Part shown: positions 63,224-64,000 of the stretch, piece by piece
Numbering within the stretch: position 1 is the stretch's first letter
Layout of the letters: every line of letters begins with the position of its first letter
Assembly (NCBI GenBank): GCA_964627935.1
Contig: CAZVLB010000017.1
Location: 6,853-70,852 of the forward strand
From: an uncultured Ignavibacteria bacterium
GTDB taxonomy: Bacteria; Zixibacteria; MSB-5A5; JAABVY01
Direction: 5' to 3'
DNA length: 64,000 nucleotides
Made by a program: the position numbers and the translations under genes
The notes under the pieces: generated by a model
What the model was told of the DNA's origin: nothing
The model's database searches: none
The model's input: only the letters and a program-made list of their open reading frames with translations

Positions 63224-64000
63224 GAAAATTATCAGGGGCTCTATTTATCTGCATTCTTCTATTTCAAACTGCTAATTGCAATAATATTGTCAGATATATA
63301 TCACCATCCAATACCGCTATGGGCGGAACATCAAATTCATTATTCCTGTCTGTAACCGCGGTGAATCTGAATCCGGCTCTGCTGGAATATTCCGATGGTA
63401 TGATCATCTCAACCGGATTCAGCAGGCTCTATGATCTGGCTGAACTGGATATGATATCGACCGGGATTGTGTATGATGCCAGATTTATGACTACAGCCTT
63501 GCTCTATTCCAATTTCGGTGATGCAGAAATACTGAGTGAAAACAATTTTGCGCTGGCTCTTTCAAAATCATTTGCATCAAAAATCTCACTGGGAGCGAAA
63601 TTCGATTATCATAGAGTCAGCTTTGCTGGTGATTACGTTGACCTCAGTACGATGTCATTTGCAATCGGCTCATCGATCAGATTCACCGATGTTATCCTGC
63701 ATGCTTCCTTTGCGGACTTGAACCGTCCCGGCTTAAGCGATAATGACAACAAAACAGATATCGCTTATCGAGGTGGGTTGTCATTTATCGCCATAGAAAA
63801 TACAATTCTGAATATCGAATTATCCGGCCGTTTTAATCAAGAAACGAGATTTCATTTCGGACAGGAGATGTTATTGGAGGACATTTTAATTCTCAGGCTT
63901 GGCCTGGTCACAAATCCGACCATGCCATCGGGCGGGCTGGGAATCAAATACGGCAAATTCATGCTTGATTACAGCATATCTCATCACAACAAACTGGGGG
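63220..64000 (+). CDS. PorV/PorQ/FadL-like outer-membrane beta-barrel protein (partial, runs off window)
   Basis: Manually translated MRKLSGALF...AMGGTS...NPALL...LRLG...GLGIKY...DYS; ATGA overlap with upstream gene; not in ORF track. Confidence 0.65.
   Translation, partial: MRKLSGALFICILLFQTANCNNIVRYISPSNTAMGGTSNSLFLSVTAVNLNPALLEYSDGMIISTGFSRLYDLAELDMISTGIVYDARFMTTALLYSNFGDAEILSENNFALALSKSFASKISLGAKFDYHRVSFAGDYVDLSTMSFAIGSSIRFTDVILHASFADLNRPGLSDNDNKTDIAYRGGLSFIAIENTILNIELSGRFNQETRFHFGQEMLLEDILILRLGLVTNPTMPSGGLGIKYGKFMLDYSISHHNKLG

Overview
Gene-dense bacterial chromosome segment from a diderm, LPS-producing organism. The LpxC-FabZ fusion, homodimeric GlyRS, PGI/PMI, PorV-like and FlgD-type proteins suggest an FCB-affiliated lineage such as Zixibacteria; this is inference, not a database result. 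Most of the window is housekeeping: the lipid A cluster (lpxC/fabZ, lpxA, lpxB, waaA, lpxK), nadB, guaA, eno-ftsB-recO-glyQS, tilS-hpt-ftsH-folP-cdaA-obgE-dprA-ptsH-ptsI, metK-ahcY, fused lptFG, mreB and rnr. No rRNA, tRNA, CRISPR array or mobile element was seen. The most striking accessory locus is 11.1-14.3 kb. A perfect sigma70 promoter precedes a small exported protein with an isolated HPW motif and a TPR-AAA+-HTH sigma54 activator. These are followed by a perfect sigma54 promoter whose predicted ~115-nt non-coding transcript ends in a strong terminator. This looks like an undescribed peptide / TPR-receptor / sigma54 / sRNA signalling cassette. Other notable items are a stand-alone RelA zinc-finger domain fused to a wHTH, an apparent ATC start for lpxC, exported TldD/E and M16 peptidase pairs, a four-gene unknown membrane complex coupled to PTS/PGI genes, and a T9SS-like outer-membrane trio.
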